64,000 bases of DNA from Octopus vulgaris. Taxonomy: Eukaryota. The notes under the pieces are model-generated. The model was given only the letters and a program-made list of their open reading frames with translations, had not been told where the DNA came from and searched no databases. Location: NCBI GenBank assembly GCA_951406725.2, contig OX597826.1, positions 26,598,001 through 26,662,000 on the forward strand. Reading direction: 5' to 3'. This document shows, piece by piece, positions 39,780 to 51,734 of this stretch (position 1 is its first letter; the number at the start of each line of letters is the position of its first letter). Position numbers and translations under genes: made by a program.

Positions 39780-40027
39780 TAGTATGCGTAAGGCCACACC
39801 TTTTACTACAAAAAAAAATTACAGAAACAACGCTAAGAATTCAAATCTGAGAAGACCTGTGAGAGCAAGGCCATCCTTCTAGGAATCGTATGTAAAAGAG
39901 CAGGATGCGGGATACGGAGGGAGAACTGAGATCCAATTGAAGAGAAGACGAAAAGACAGTTCACAGTGAAGAATAGTGGAGAACAGTCATCGATGACTTA
40001 TGCTCTGTGGGAAGTGGAGGGCTTAAA
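39780..40027 (+). mobile_element. Old RTE-like 3' relic
   Basis: ..RARPS..WRTVIDDLCSVGSGGA* resembles RTE C-termini. Heavily decayed. Confidence 0.4.
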
Positions 40028-41809
40028 AAAGTATTCAAAGAAATACTTGAATATAATAAACGTGAGGATGCAATGACACACGAACACGAGTCTGGTCGCT
40101 GAAGTTTTATGGTAACTTGTTACTGTTTAAAGTACTCACCACATTCAACTGATTCGCAATGTTTGGTATATTCATCTCTGACTTTGGTAGTTTCCAGTTC
40201 TAAATAGTATGAAGACAGTATTCACTTCTCACTGCATTCAGAAGGTCACCACAAGACAAGATTGCTACGGTGCAGTGGTTTACAAGCCTCAATCACTGGA
40301 AAGACTGTGTCAGCAGAGCGCAAGATTCCGGCAGGGCTTCTCAAGCTTGACTGGTCAAAGGCCAAATGGCAGACAAATGTTGATCTCGTTTTTCTCAGAT
40401 ATAAATATCAGTTTGCGTAGAGATATTCACGCTTTGATTATATTATTTTCCAGGGAGTATGAAGACACTACACATCGCTTCTAATATATTAAGGATCGCT
40501 GCAATTCGTATACTTAATCTCATTGCTTTGCTTCAACTGTCGGAATAATTCGTCATTTGAGACGATGTATATGAACCGGTAGTTAATTACTAATCTTCGA
40601 TTAGCATTGTAACAGGCCAAAGATCAGTTTATAAGGGACATTTCACGACTGTATAGACAGATATTGAATGTATTTTGCTCTGCATTGTTTTTTCATATTT
40701 TGTTTGGGCGTAAGAGCATTCAAATGCCTATATTAATAGGGGTATTGTAATGTTTCTGGCTTTAGGGTAAAAGAAAATACTGGGTATCAGTTAATTATGA
40801 TTTTGTTCAACATATTCCACTCTGAGATTGACATATTTATTGTAACAGTCCTTCCACTTTTCTAAGCCCTTTAAAAGAACTCGGAAGGTAGGGCCACGAA
40901 CCAGGCCTTACGAGATTCCCCTAAAGAGAGCAACACGCATAATCATGCGTACGGACACATGTACAAATATGTTAGGAATAGCATTTTATTAAAGTGGTTT
41001 GAAGACGTGACTGCATATGAGCTGAAACATTTTCATCACACACGCACCCACAAACACACACACACACACACACTCACACACACACGCACACACACACAAG
41101 AATCTATATGAATATGTATTCTTGAATATGTGTGACGTATGGTTATACTTATTCTGCAAGGAGGGTCCTGCTGGCAAAAGTCTGCTAGAGCTATTGAAGA
41201 TTATTATACTAGAAATGTTTTCGGGGGGAAAAAAGGAGAAAAAATGAGCATATAAACAATAAGGAAAAAGAAGTCCGATTCCTTTGCAAAGATATAACTG
41301 TCGTCTGTTGTGTGTAACAATCACATGTATGTAATAAACACATATTGCCTAGAGAGAGGAGCCGTTCTCCGGTGACGTAAAACAATATTGATTAAGTATT
41401 TACGTTCGATTCTGCTAGAACGTATCAAAAATTAATAGATACGTTATTAATTGGAATCTTGCTCTTCTGTGTGAATCTCATGAATAATTATTTGTTCTGA
41501 AGACATCAACACGCGTCACCAAATAATTTGTTGATTGCCATAAATTAAAACATGTACTCTTGTCCGATTCATTTCACCTGCAGGGTAACATTGACTGAGG
41601 AATCAAAAAATAATGTCGGAATACTGCAGTGTTTCTAGGTCCTCTTACAACGGTGGTTTTATGTGTTTTATGAACAAATATTAGCAAAATAAAAGGTGTT
41701 TGGCGGCGATAAACACCAACGAGCTGATATTCTCTTTCGCGTCAGCCACAACGTATTGGAGAAAATTGAGAATGAATAGGAAGTTATTGTTTGGAATCCA
41801 GCAGTTAGG

Positions 41810-41970
41810 TGAAGGCATGGCTGTGTGGTAAAAAGCTTGCTTTCGACACGCATGGATTCTGGTCGAGTCACACTGTTTGGCACCTTGGGCAACTGCCATC
41901 TGCTGAAGCCTCGGGACGACCAATGCCTTCTGAGTGGATTTGGTAGAAGTAAACTGAAAGAAGCCAGTTG
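41810..41970 (+). mobile_element. SINE family C 5' half
   Basis: TGGCTGTGTGG, GGCACCTTGGGCAA, GAGTGGATTTGGTAGA, then (CATA)n. Confidence 0.8.
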
Positions 41971-42008
41971 CAGATATACATAGGTGCATACATACATACA
42001 TACATACA

Positions 42009-42040
<32 letters not shown>

Positions 42041-42041
42041 C

Positions 42042-42098
<57 letters not shown>

Positions 42099-42120
42099 CA
42101 CACAATCACATATATATACC

Positions 42121-42345
42121 TATTTCTTTATTACCCACAAGTGGCTAAACACAGAGGGGACAAACAAGGACAGACATAGATATTAAGTCGATTACATCGA
42201 CCCCAGTTCCTAACTGGTACTTAATTTATCGACCCCGAAAGGATGAAAGGCAAAGTCGACCTCAGCGGAATTTGAACTCACAACGTAACGTAGACGAAAT
42301 ACCGCTAAGCATTTCGCCCGGCGTGCTAACGTTTCTGCCAGCTCG

Positions 42346-42349
<4 letters not shown>
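42121..42349 (-). mobile_element. SINE family M (tail variant A), well preserved
   Basis: Head AGGCGAGCTGGCAGAAACGTTAG, B box GAGTTCAAATTCC, GTCGACTTTGCCTTTCATCCTTTCGGGGTCGATAAA (resembles the MetaSINE domain, from memory), tail ..TTGTGGGTAATAAAGAAA. Confidence 0.88.
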
Positions 42350-42437
<88 letters not shown>

Positions 42438-42941
42438 GACCATCAGCATATATATATATATGGGACCATCAGCATGATACAGAGTGTGACAAGGGTGACC
42501 CTTTTGATAAACTACAATTACTACTCATTTTTGCCTTCGACATCATCTCACCCAGATGTGCTTACACAGTCCCCATCAGTTCCTGATATTTTGCTCACTT
42601 TACAAGATGAAGAAGGCGGGAATTCTGACATCCCTTCATCTCAACGAGATTGCAATCTTGAGATCCTCCCGCCACAGCGATGATTTTTCTGTACAACAAT
42701 AGATATTATTGTAGCAGAGCTATTACCTCTCATTATATCTATGTTTTAATAAAATTTCATGTAATTTCATTTGATTTCATTAAAAGTTCACTAACATTTA
42801 AGTTGATGTTTCTATTTCCCTTATTAACCACATTGTATTGATTTACGAGGTATTTTGACTGATCCAGTCTAATCTACCATGCATAATCAATCGACAATTT
42901 ACCAAAATCCCTAATCCGACACTTCCCAGGTCTCAACTATA

Positions 42942-43009
<68 letters not shown>

Positions 43010-43010
<1 letters not shown>

Positions 43011-44670
43011 AAATTAAAAAAGGAAAATAAGCACACTTACATAGTTTTAATATAGCGACCGGTTTCGCTATCGCTATTCATGATATGATGTTTTACTTAT
43101 TTGAATATGTATTTTTTCTTAAGAAGAAAATTTGTCCATGTTGTGTGGGATGAAATTCACGAGTGAATGACTTCACAAGTTGATAAATAAAAGGGAGGTA
43201 ATTGATTATCGTAATTATTGTTATTGTTCTGGGTAAGGGAGATAACTGTTCAGCTTTCGGTAATGGGAGGGGAATATATATGTACAAAGACAAGTTTCGA
43301 AAACCTTGTTTAATGAGGGGATTTATTTACAGTGATGTAATCGTGAATTGAAATATGTAAAAAGATAAAAGTTGGTTTTGCGTGCATATTAAGATGTGTT
43401 CTGTATTTTTGAATGATAAACGTTTCTTTATTTAAACGTTCTAATCGAGAGATTGTGTCTTTGCACTAGTAGCAGGGGAAGACTGTGAAATTCGGTTTGA
43501 TGTTATTTGCACATTTTTCTATATGTTCCCCGAGAGGAATTTACCTGTATTGCGGGAAACGCATTTGCTCTTTATGTAGAGTGATTTTCTTTCTCAAGGT
43601 CATACTCCTTTGTCCAATATAGTTGTATCCGAAACCCGAGCAGGTTATTACATAAATTAGGTTCTCAGAGGCACAAGTGAAACTAGTTTTAATTGTGAAC
43701 CTCTGTCCTTCTTTGAAAAGGAAATCCGAGCCTTCAAGCAGATTGTGGCAGGTTCCACTGTTTGGGCGTCCACATTTTTCAACCGTTGGTTTCGTGTTGT
43801 TTTGTAAAGCTTCGCATTTGTTAGTAGTCTCTTTAGCGATCTGTCTTGTTTTTTGCATTTGATGAGTTTGTGTGTTTTCAGGATGTCGTTCATTTTTGGA
43901 TCTCTAGTTAGTAAAGGAAGAGTTTGCACTATAGTGTTGAAACCCAACTGTTTCTGGGGTTGTGTGTTGATATAAATAGTAATGGTTTGACTTGAGGTGT
44001 GGTGTTGTGTTATGTTGTTCTGAATGTTTTTGCGCCTAGTTGTTTGGCACGTTTAATTCCTTCGTCGATAAGTGAAGGTGGATATTGTCTTTCAATAAGC
44101 GTTGTTTTGAGGTCTTGAGTTGTTCTATCAGATACTATTGTGCATATCCTTTTTGCCAAATTGAAAGGGATGTTTATTTTGATGTGTTTCGGGTGGCATG
44201 AGTTAAAGAGAAGATATTGTTTTGAATCAGTTGGTTTATAATAAATATCAGTTATGATTTCATTGTTAACTTTTTTTATCATGATGTCTAAAAATGGGAA
44301 TTGTTCTTTGTTATATTCCATTGTGAATTGAATGTTACTATTTATATCATTTAGTGTTGATTTGAAGTTCAAAGGTTTGTCGATGTTCTCCTTCCAAATG
44401 ATAAAGCAGTCATCTAGGTATCTCATCCAATCTTCTCTTATGTAGAGGTAAAATGGGTAACTATATTTCTGAAGTAATACTTCATATAAGGTGAATCCAA
44501 AATAACCCATTATTAGGTTCGCAATATCTGAGGCTGCTTACGCTCCCATCGCAATTCCGCATTCTGACGATAGTATGTGTCATCAAATAGGAAATAATTG
44601 TTCTGAAGTATAAATTTTAAGGATTCAATAATAAAGATCTGGTTTATGCGTTCCGGGAGAGCTTCGGGGG
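43010..44670 (-). mobile_element. Penelope-like element (Neptune-like), 5'-truncated: RT + Cys linker + GIY-YIG + pLTR
   Basis: NNYFLFDD.YYRQ..GIAMG, WMRYLDDCFIIW, IQFTME, PFLD, YYKPTD..YL.FNSCHP, KCGRPNSGTC, FTCASENLIYVITC..YIGQ. (TA)n flanks. Confidence 0.93.
43052..43086 (-). ncRNA. Minimal hammerhead motif with A3-U8 core variant at the PLE 3' end
   Basis: ATATC-ATGAATA-GC gata GC-GAAA-CCGG-TC-GCTAT. Palindromic ACCGGT, GUC triplet, stem I pairs 4 of 5. Confidence 0.55.
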
Positions 44671-44689
44671 TATATATATATATAGTAAT

Positions 44690-44850
44690 ATTATTATTAA
44701 TTATAATAGTAGGGAATATAATTCCAAACTTACTTGGAAAAATTCAATTTAGCAATTCTAAATGAAATTTCACAATATATATAATATATGTATATAATTA
44801 AGAGGAATAAACTGTATTAAGTAATTCAATAGTGAAAGACATTTCTATAT
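44690..44850 (-). repeat. AT-rich interspersed repeat
   Basis: TAAATTGAATTTTT..GTAAGTTTGGARTTATAYTCCCT also occurs at 61175-61308 and, split by a Helitron, at 54585-54634 + 55629-55710. Confidence 0.7.
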
Positions 44851-44923
44851 TATATACAAAGAATTTAAATATACTATAATAAATATTATTCAAAATGAAT
44901 AGAGCTTAATAGAGCTTAATTCT

Positions 44924-44979
<56 letters not shown>

Positions 44980-45014
44980 CATGTATACATATATATATGT
45001 ATATATATGTATAT

Positions 45015-45063
<49 letters not shown>

Positions 45064-45676
45064 CTAAGTATATGTACTGCTATGACCGCATAATCTATAT
45101 TACATTTTTTCGCATTATTACTCTCGTTTCCTAAGCCTGTCACACGGTTATATCTGCTATAGAAATAACTAAAACCTCCTACCAGAATTGTTACGTTCAG
45201 CGAAAACTATACAACTTCTAAAATAGTCAAACAGTCAAAATGCTGCTATTTGGAGCGAGATTGTTCTAGTTAGATATATTTCTATAAATTTTTATGATGT
45301 CTTTGAATTTGTGGGTATTTTGTTTACAATTTTCTTCGATAATGATTAAAACATGGTGATACTACTTACTGCGAATCGTGATATAGAATAATGTCAGACG
45401 ACACAAGTGGTCGTCTGCATAATGCACGTAAAATTCAGGCGGGAGGTTTATAAACATACATACATACATACATACATACATACTTACATACATACAAACA
45501 TATATACATACAAACATATATACATATATGTACATTCAAGCATGCATAAATACATTCATACATTCATACGTATGTACATGCATATACATATTCATATATA
45601 TATTCATATATACATATATAGGTATATATCAGTACATAATATATATATATATATATTTATATATATGTATATTTAT

Positions 45677-45735
<59 letters not shown>

Positions 45736-45808
45736 CATATATAAATATTTATATACATACATGTTGATATACATATATGTATACGTGTGTATAAAATTAT
45801 AGATATGG

Positions 45809-45840
<32 letters not shown>

Positions 45841-46392
45841 ATAGGGAGAAAGAGAGAGAGAAAGAGAGAAAGTGTGTGTATGTGAGTGTGTTTGTGTGTT
45901 TGTATAGATGTTTATAATTGTGTCTAAGTGTTGGTTTCTGCGTGTGTGTTCTCATAATCGTGCATTCACGCTGAGCCTCGTTGGTGGTTGCATAGATGCG
46001 GTTTCGATTTTCGGTCAGACATGCCTCACTGCTAATGACGAAAACATTCACGTCACACTTACCGCATGCCACCCTCCAAGGACACAAACACGACACACAC
46101 ACACACATGCACAAGCACACACGTGCACACACACGTGCACACACACGTGCACACACACGTACACACATGCTCACATACACACACATACACATACACACTG
46201 GCAAACAAAGACACAAATACACACTCATTATGGCCATTTATTATATATTACGGCGATGTATATAGAATTCATCTTGCGTCAAAATAGCAAAACAGTCAAC
46301 CAGATTCGATTCCCAAATGAAAGTTCAATTTTCCAAATACACAAGAAATAATTTTTTTATATAATGGCTTTTATATCTTTACGAGCATTAAA

Positions 46393-46421
46393 GACCCGTC
46401 GTTGCCGGGTCATAGTGCTAG
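46393..46421 (+). mobile_element. Helitron 3' terminus (family of 10621-10984); 5' boundary unresolved
   Basis: GACCCGTCGTTGCCGGGTCATAGTGCTAG|T. Confidence 0.65.
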
Positions 46422-46899
46422 TGCATGTATATATGTGTATATATATGTGTACATATTACATGTACATCTATATATATACATCTACACATAAAATGCAAAA
46501 TACAAAGTTATATCTTGATATCGCTAGTGATAACAATACTCAAAATATATGACAGACTGGAATTGTTAGCTCTTTTTTTCCTCTACATTGTATACTTTAT
46601 AGGCAATAGTCTTTTCTTTAATTTATTATCCATCTGAACTACTCCATTTCTGCACGCTAATTTTATTTTTTATTTAATTCCCATTCATGTGAAACCATTT
46701 ATTCAAGTTCAAATCATTGATGCAATTTTATACCAATTGTTATTTTTACTTATATTATACTTTAGTTTGATTGTAATTATTACTTACTACATATAATTCA
46801 ATTGTTATTATTATTTTTATTGTTAAAGTGAAAGCATCTGACATAAAATAGAGAAACGTTTTTGTTTCACTTTTAACACGTAATACAGAAATAGAGGAT

Positions 46900-47317
46900 A
46901 AGATATGATATTGCTATGGGCTCGCTCTCGGCAAAAATTAATTTTTTTTGCCGTTGACAATCCCCGGACCCTACGTAAGGCATATGTAAAGTTTGAATGG
47001 AATTGGTTGTGTAGTTCTCAAGTTTTAGGGAAACACACAGACAGACAGACAGACAGACACACTTTCTCAGTTCTATATATATAAAGATTACTTAAATTAG
47101 ATTCGATTTGTCTGTTGACGTCAATAATCCCCGTACAGAAATAGCAACAGATCTGTTGTTAATTGGCATGGACTTCTAGAACGAACGTATAGCGAACCAG
47201 GACCAGGCAGTTTATAAGTTGAACATGGGCCGCAAATAAGGGAATGAATTTTAAAATTTAATGTTTATTTTATCGCAAATTGTATGGTGTTTTTACATTA
47301 TATATGAAATATAAATG

Positions 47318-47371
<54 letters not shown>

Positions 47372-47873
47372 CATTTATATATATATAATATGTGTAATAT
47401 ATATATGTATTATAAATGTAATAATTAAAATAATATTATGCTGGTACCCATTGGTCTATATTATAAATGAGTTGTATCATAAGAATACATTCTAAAATAT
47501 TTGTGTGGGATTTGAACTTATTTGCTTTTATTTCTGTTTTAGTCAAGAACAACACGTATTTTTTATCTGGCAGTCCCTTAGATATATATCGGTTTCCTTT
47601 GCTGAACCGTTAAGTTAAAGGGACGTAAAGAAACCAACACTGAAAGAGACACAGAAAAGACACACAGAGGATGCAAATATATTGAAGCCTTCATCAGCTG
47701 CTGATCAACGATCATCACAATTTCGGTATGTTTTGACCATGTTTTTCAGTTTGGTGGTATGAATAACACAAGCTTTTGAGGATATAACGATAGTCAGATG
47801 AACAACAAAAAACAAATTTAGAGAAATGCATTAACAGTATGACTACATGAGGCGAGAACTGATATCTCACTAT
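46900..47873 (+). repeat. Local duplication, copy 1 (includes a minus-strand Helitron-like 5' end at 47087)
   Basis: Aligns by eye with 49332-50355, with scattered substitutions and different microsatellite lengths. Confidence 0.93.
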
Positions 47874-48714
47874 TTTTCCCTTTTAACACATATGACGAAT
47901 TATCAGCATTACAAATGACCATATATACCAGAAAAAAAAAGCATTTAGACATCTCGTAATATATAGATATTATAGAATTTTATATGAAAAATCTCAAAAA
48001 CGCTATTTATATGTGAATATAGCTAAGGTGCAGTTAACAGAATCAAAACTAGTATATTACTAATTCTTATTTTAATGACGCTAGACACCCCAAAATAAAA
48101 TAAGAATAAAAGAGAGAGAAATGAGTTTCCGCATCGATTTTACAGCAGAAATATGAAGCAATAATTCTAGATATCATTATAAGTAGTATACATTCAAACT
48201 GCAATACAAATAAAAACCCAGCGTCCTGTCATCAGAAAAGGAGTTCTACATTCAATAAACTGAATACAGTAATAACTTTTGCAAACGATTTTTAAATAAA
48301 TGTTTACCTCCAAGATATTTGGGAATGGCTGTGAAGGCCACTAGTATGGATCAATTACTTTCGATCCTAAATTTTTGGCTTTTAATACCACCGTCATTAA
48401 GTGGATTGATATTTGGTTAAATGGAGAAATATATAGCTGGCAGACATTTTGCAATAATCTATGTGAATAGTAACTGATTCTTAACGATAAATATAAATAT
48501 GACTATACATACAGACAGCCATTCGAACACACGCGCACACACAAACACACACGCACATATGTGAATATATAAGAGTATATGCAACAAGAAGATGGAATAA
48601 ATATGTTTAAATACAAATTACAACAGTTGTTTCTGCGCAATGGCAAGAAGAGTGAGTTACTGAGTATTCATTCTGATACTATAATATGAATTATTTCATA
48701 AATAATTTGATCCA

Positions 48715-49194
48715 CCATCTGCTGTGCACAGTACGCTTCATATGAGCGGCTTTGATATATATATATGTACGATGTGGAGAATATACCGCCAACTTTGCCC
48801 AAACGACCTGTACATTAGCTTCAAGGTTCATCCAAGACTGGGACCACGGGCCATACGTCCCCTGCCCAATTCAAGATCACAGCATACATGTACACTACAA
48901 CGTAATTTCTTTTCCTCAACAGGCCCTGCCCTATTTAACATTGTCCCGAAAGAGATCAAAGAGGAACAGGATCCCATCAACTTTAAACGGAGTCTGGATA
49001 GATTCCTTCAAGGAATTCCAGATAAGCCACCCATAGTTGGATACAACTCACCCAACAAAAACTCACTACTTGAATGGACCATAAACAAAACTTGACTTAA
49101 ATAGGATTCAAATACTCCTATCAGGTGGTGCTATTAAGTTAGACATGGCCTGGACCAATCACTGGTTGAAACATATCTAAGTTTATCTAAGTTT
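48715..49194 (+). mobile_element. CR1-like LINE 3' fragment, second family
   Basis: MWRIY..GPALFNIVPKEIK..FKRSLDRFLQGIPDKP..NSLLEW, tail GGTGGTGCT..CATGGCC..hairpin..TGAAAC, then (ATCTAAGTTT)2. Confidence 0.8.
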
Positions 49195-49331
49195 ATATAT
49201 ATATACATAGATAGATATGATATTGCTATGGGCTCGCTCTAGGCAAAAAGTTAATTTTTTTGCCGTTGACACTCCCCGGACCCTAAGTAAGGCACATGTA
49301 AAGTTTGAATGGAATATATATATACATAGAT

Positions 49332-49798
49332 AGATATGATATTGCTATGGGCTCGCTCTAGGCAAAAAGTTAATTTTTTTGCCGTTGACACTCCCCGGAC
49401 CCTAAGTAAGGCATATGTAAAGTTTGAATGGAATTGGTTGTGTAGTTCTCAAGTTTTAGGGAAACACACAGACAGACAGACAGACACACATTCTCAGTTC
49501 TATATATATAAACATTACTTAAATTAGATTCGATTTGTCTGTTGACGTCAATAGTCCCCGTACAGAAATAGCAACAAATCTGTTGTTAATTAGCATGGAC
49601 TTCTAGAACGATCGTACAGCGAACCAGGACCAGGCAGTTTATAAGTTGAACATGGGCCGCAAATAGGGAATGAATTTTAAAATTTAATGTTTATTTTATC
49701 GCAGATTGTATGGTGTTTTTACATTATATATGAAATATAAATGTAATATATATATATATATATATATATAAACATATCTCTCTCTCTCTCTCTGTCTC

Positions 49799-49863
<65 letters not shown>

Positions 49864-50355
49864 CATATGTGTAATATATATATGTATTATAAATGTAATA
49901 ATTGAAATAATATTATGCTGGTACCCATTGGCCTATATTATAAATGAGTTGTATCATAAGAATACATTCTAAAATATTTGTGTGTGATTTAAACTTATTT
50001 GCTTTTATTTCTGTTTTAGTCAAGAACAACACATATTTTTTATCTGGCAGTCCCTTAGATATATATCGGTTTCCTTTGCTGAACCGTTAAGTTAAAGGGA
50101 CGTAAAGAAACCAACACTGAAAGAGACACAGAAAAGACACACAAAGGATGCAAATATATTGAAGCCTTCATCAGCTGCTGATCAACGATCATCACAATTT
50201 CGGTATGTTTTGACCATGTTTTTCAGTTTGGTGGTATGAATAACACAAGCTTTTGAGGATATAACGATAGACAGATGAACAAGAAAAAACAAAGTTAGAG
50301 AAATGCATTAACAGTATGACTACATGAGGCGAGAAATGATATCTCTCTCACTATT
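49332..50355 (+). repeat. Local duplication, copy 2; preceded by an extra ~120-bp tandem unit (49195-49314)
   Basis: See copy 1. AGATATGATATTGCTATGGGCTCGCTCT occurs three times (~46901, ~49212, ~49332). Confidence 0.93.
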
Positions 50356-50363
50356 ATAGATAC

Positions 50364-50425
<62 letters not shown>

Positions 50426-50484
50426 CTGTTGTTATGTCCTGTTAATTGCATTTGTATTTATTTAATTTTTTTAAATTTTATTTT

Positions 50485-50533
50485 ATCTAGTTTCAGCTCA
50501 CGAGCTGTGGCCGTACCGGGGCACCGCTATTTG
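50485..50533 (-). mobile_element. Solo CR1-like 3' tail
   Basis: CAAATAGCGGTGCCCCGGTACGGCCACAGCTCGTGAGCTGAAACTAG matches 27697-27743. Confidence 0.75.
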
Positions 50534-50753
50534 TGTAACATTTCTCTGTTTTTTTCCGTCTTATTGTTTGTATACATTCGCTGTTTTTCTTCCAAAGAAT
50601 CTAATGCTCTTCTTTGTATCGTCTGTCTGGATGAGTTGTTGTCCCTTTTATGTATCACCTAACTGTCTTGATGTTTTGCATTCTTGCACCATTTTTGTAT
50701 TTTTTATGTATAGAATATAGCGGCGTACTTACACTTTGGTCTCTTATATGTAA

Positions 50754-50797
<44 letters not shown>

Positions 50798-51464
50798 TTT
50801 GTATGGCTATTACTCTTTCTATGCTTTCCTTCTTTCTATCAGCCCTTTCACACTTCGTTCATTCCACTCTTCGTTCTCTCGTTCCCCCTCTCTCACATTT
50901 CCTGGCCTTCTCTTCATGCTCATTTTCCCTTCTTTTTCACTTCACTGTGTCTCTTTCATTTCTTTCTCGCCCCACCTTAAATCTCCTATCCCTCTGCCTC
51001 TACCTCTCTCTCTTCTCTCCCCACATGACCGGTGTTCCCCCAGGCCTGACCTTTCTTTCTCGGTTCGACTACCATCAGTGCAACATCAAATATTTCTTCC
51101 TGTTTCAGTTAATCTTATGACTCTGCCGTAAGGCTTCACTTCCATACAAGTCAGCTTAATTTGATTCGTCATTAGTCGAAAGATACCTGTTATTATGTCC
51201 TGTTAATTGCGTTTGTATTTGTGTAACATTTCTCTTTTCTTCCGTCTTTGTCTTCGTGTACATTCGCTGCTTTCTTCTAAGGAATGTAATGCTCTTAAAT
51301 TAGTTTTTCCTTGGGGCTGGCCAGATTGGAGCAATATCGAGTATAACCAGCCGAAATTGCAAAGATAATCTGGAACTCGACTGAGGATAGAAAACTCCGA
51401 AAGGCCCGTCCTTGTTTTCTTTGTATCGTCTATCGGATGTTTTGTATTCTTATCTCATTGTTGC

Positions 51465-51517
<53 letters not shown>

Positions 51518-51734
51518 ATAATAAAGGGAAAATTTATTAATTAACTAGTAATCAATAATTTCACCAAGTAGAATTCGGCATGGAAAAGGACCATTTTTCG
51601 GTAAACTTAAACAATATTTCATAATTACGAGTATAATTATAATTAGGGTTCAGCAAAGATTTGCTTTACCACATACCGAAATTTAGAAATAGCAGCCAAA
51701 GAACCTTAGCTATTTCTTCTACTATAAGAAGAGA

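Noticed and set aside
47685-47755. Minus-strand CTGATGAAGGC (also in the duplicate near 50170)
   Set aside because: No downstream GAAA closing a stem II.
51375-51415. CTGAGGA..GAAAGGCC possible hammerhead
   Set aside because: No stem I partner, and the paralogue at ~37078 lacks the GAAA in position.
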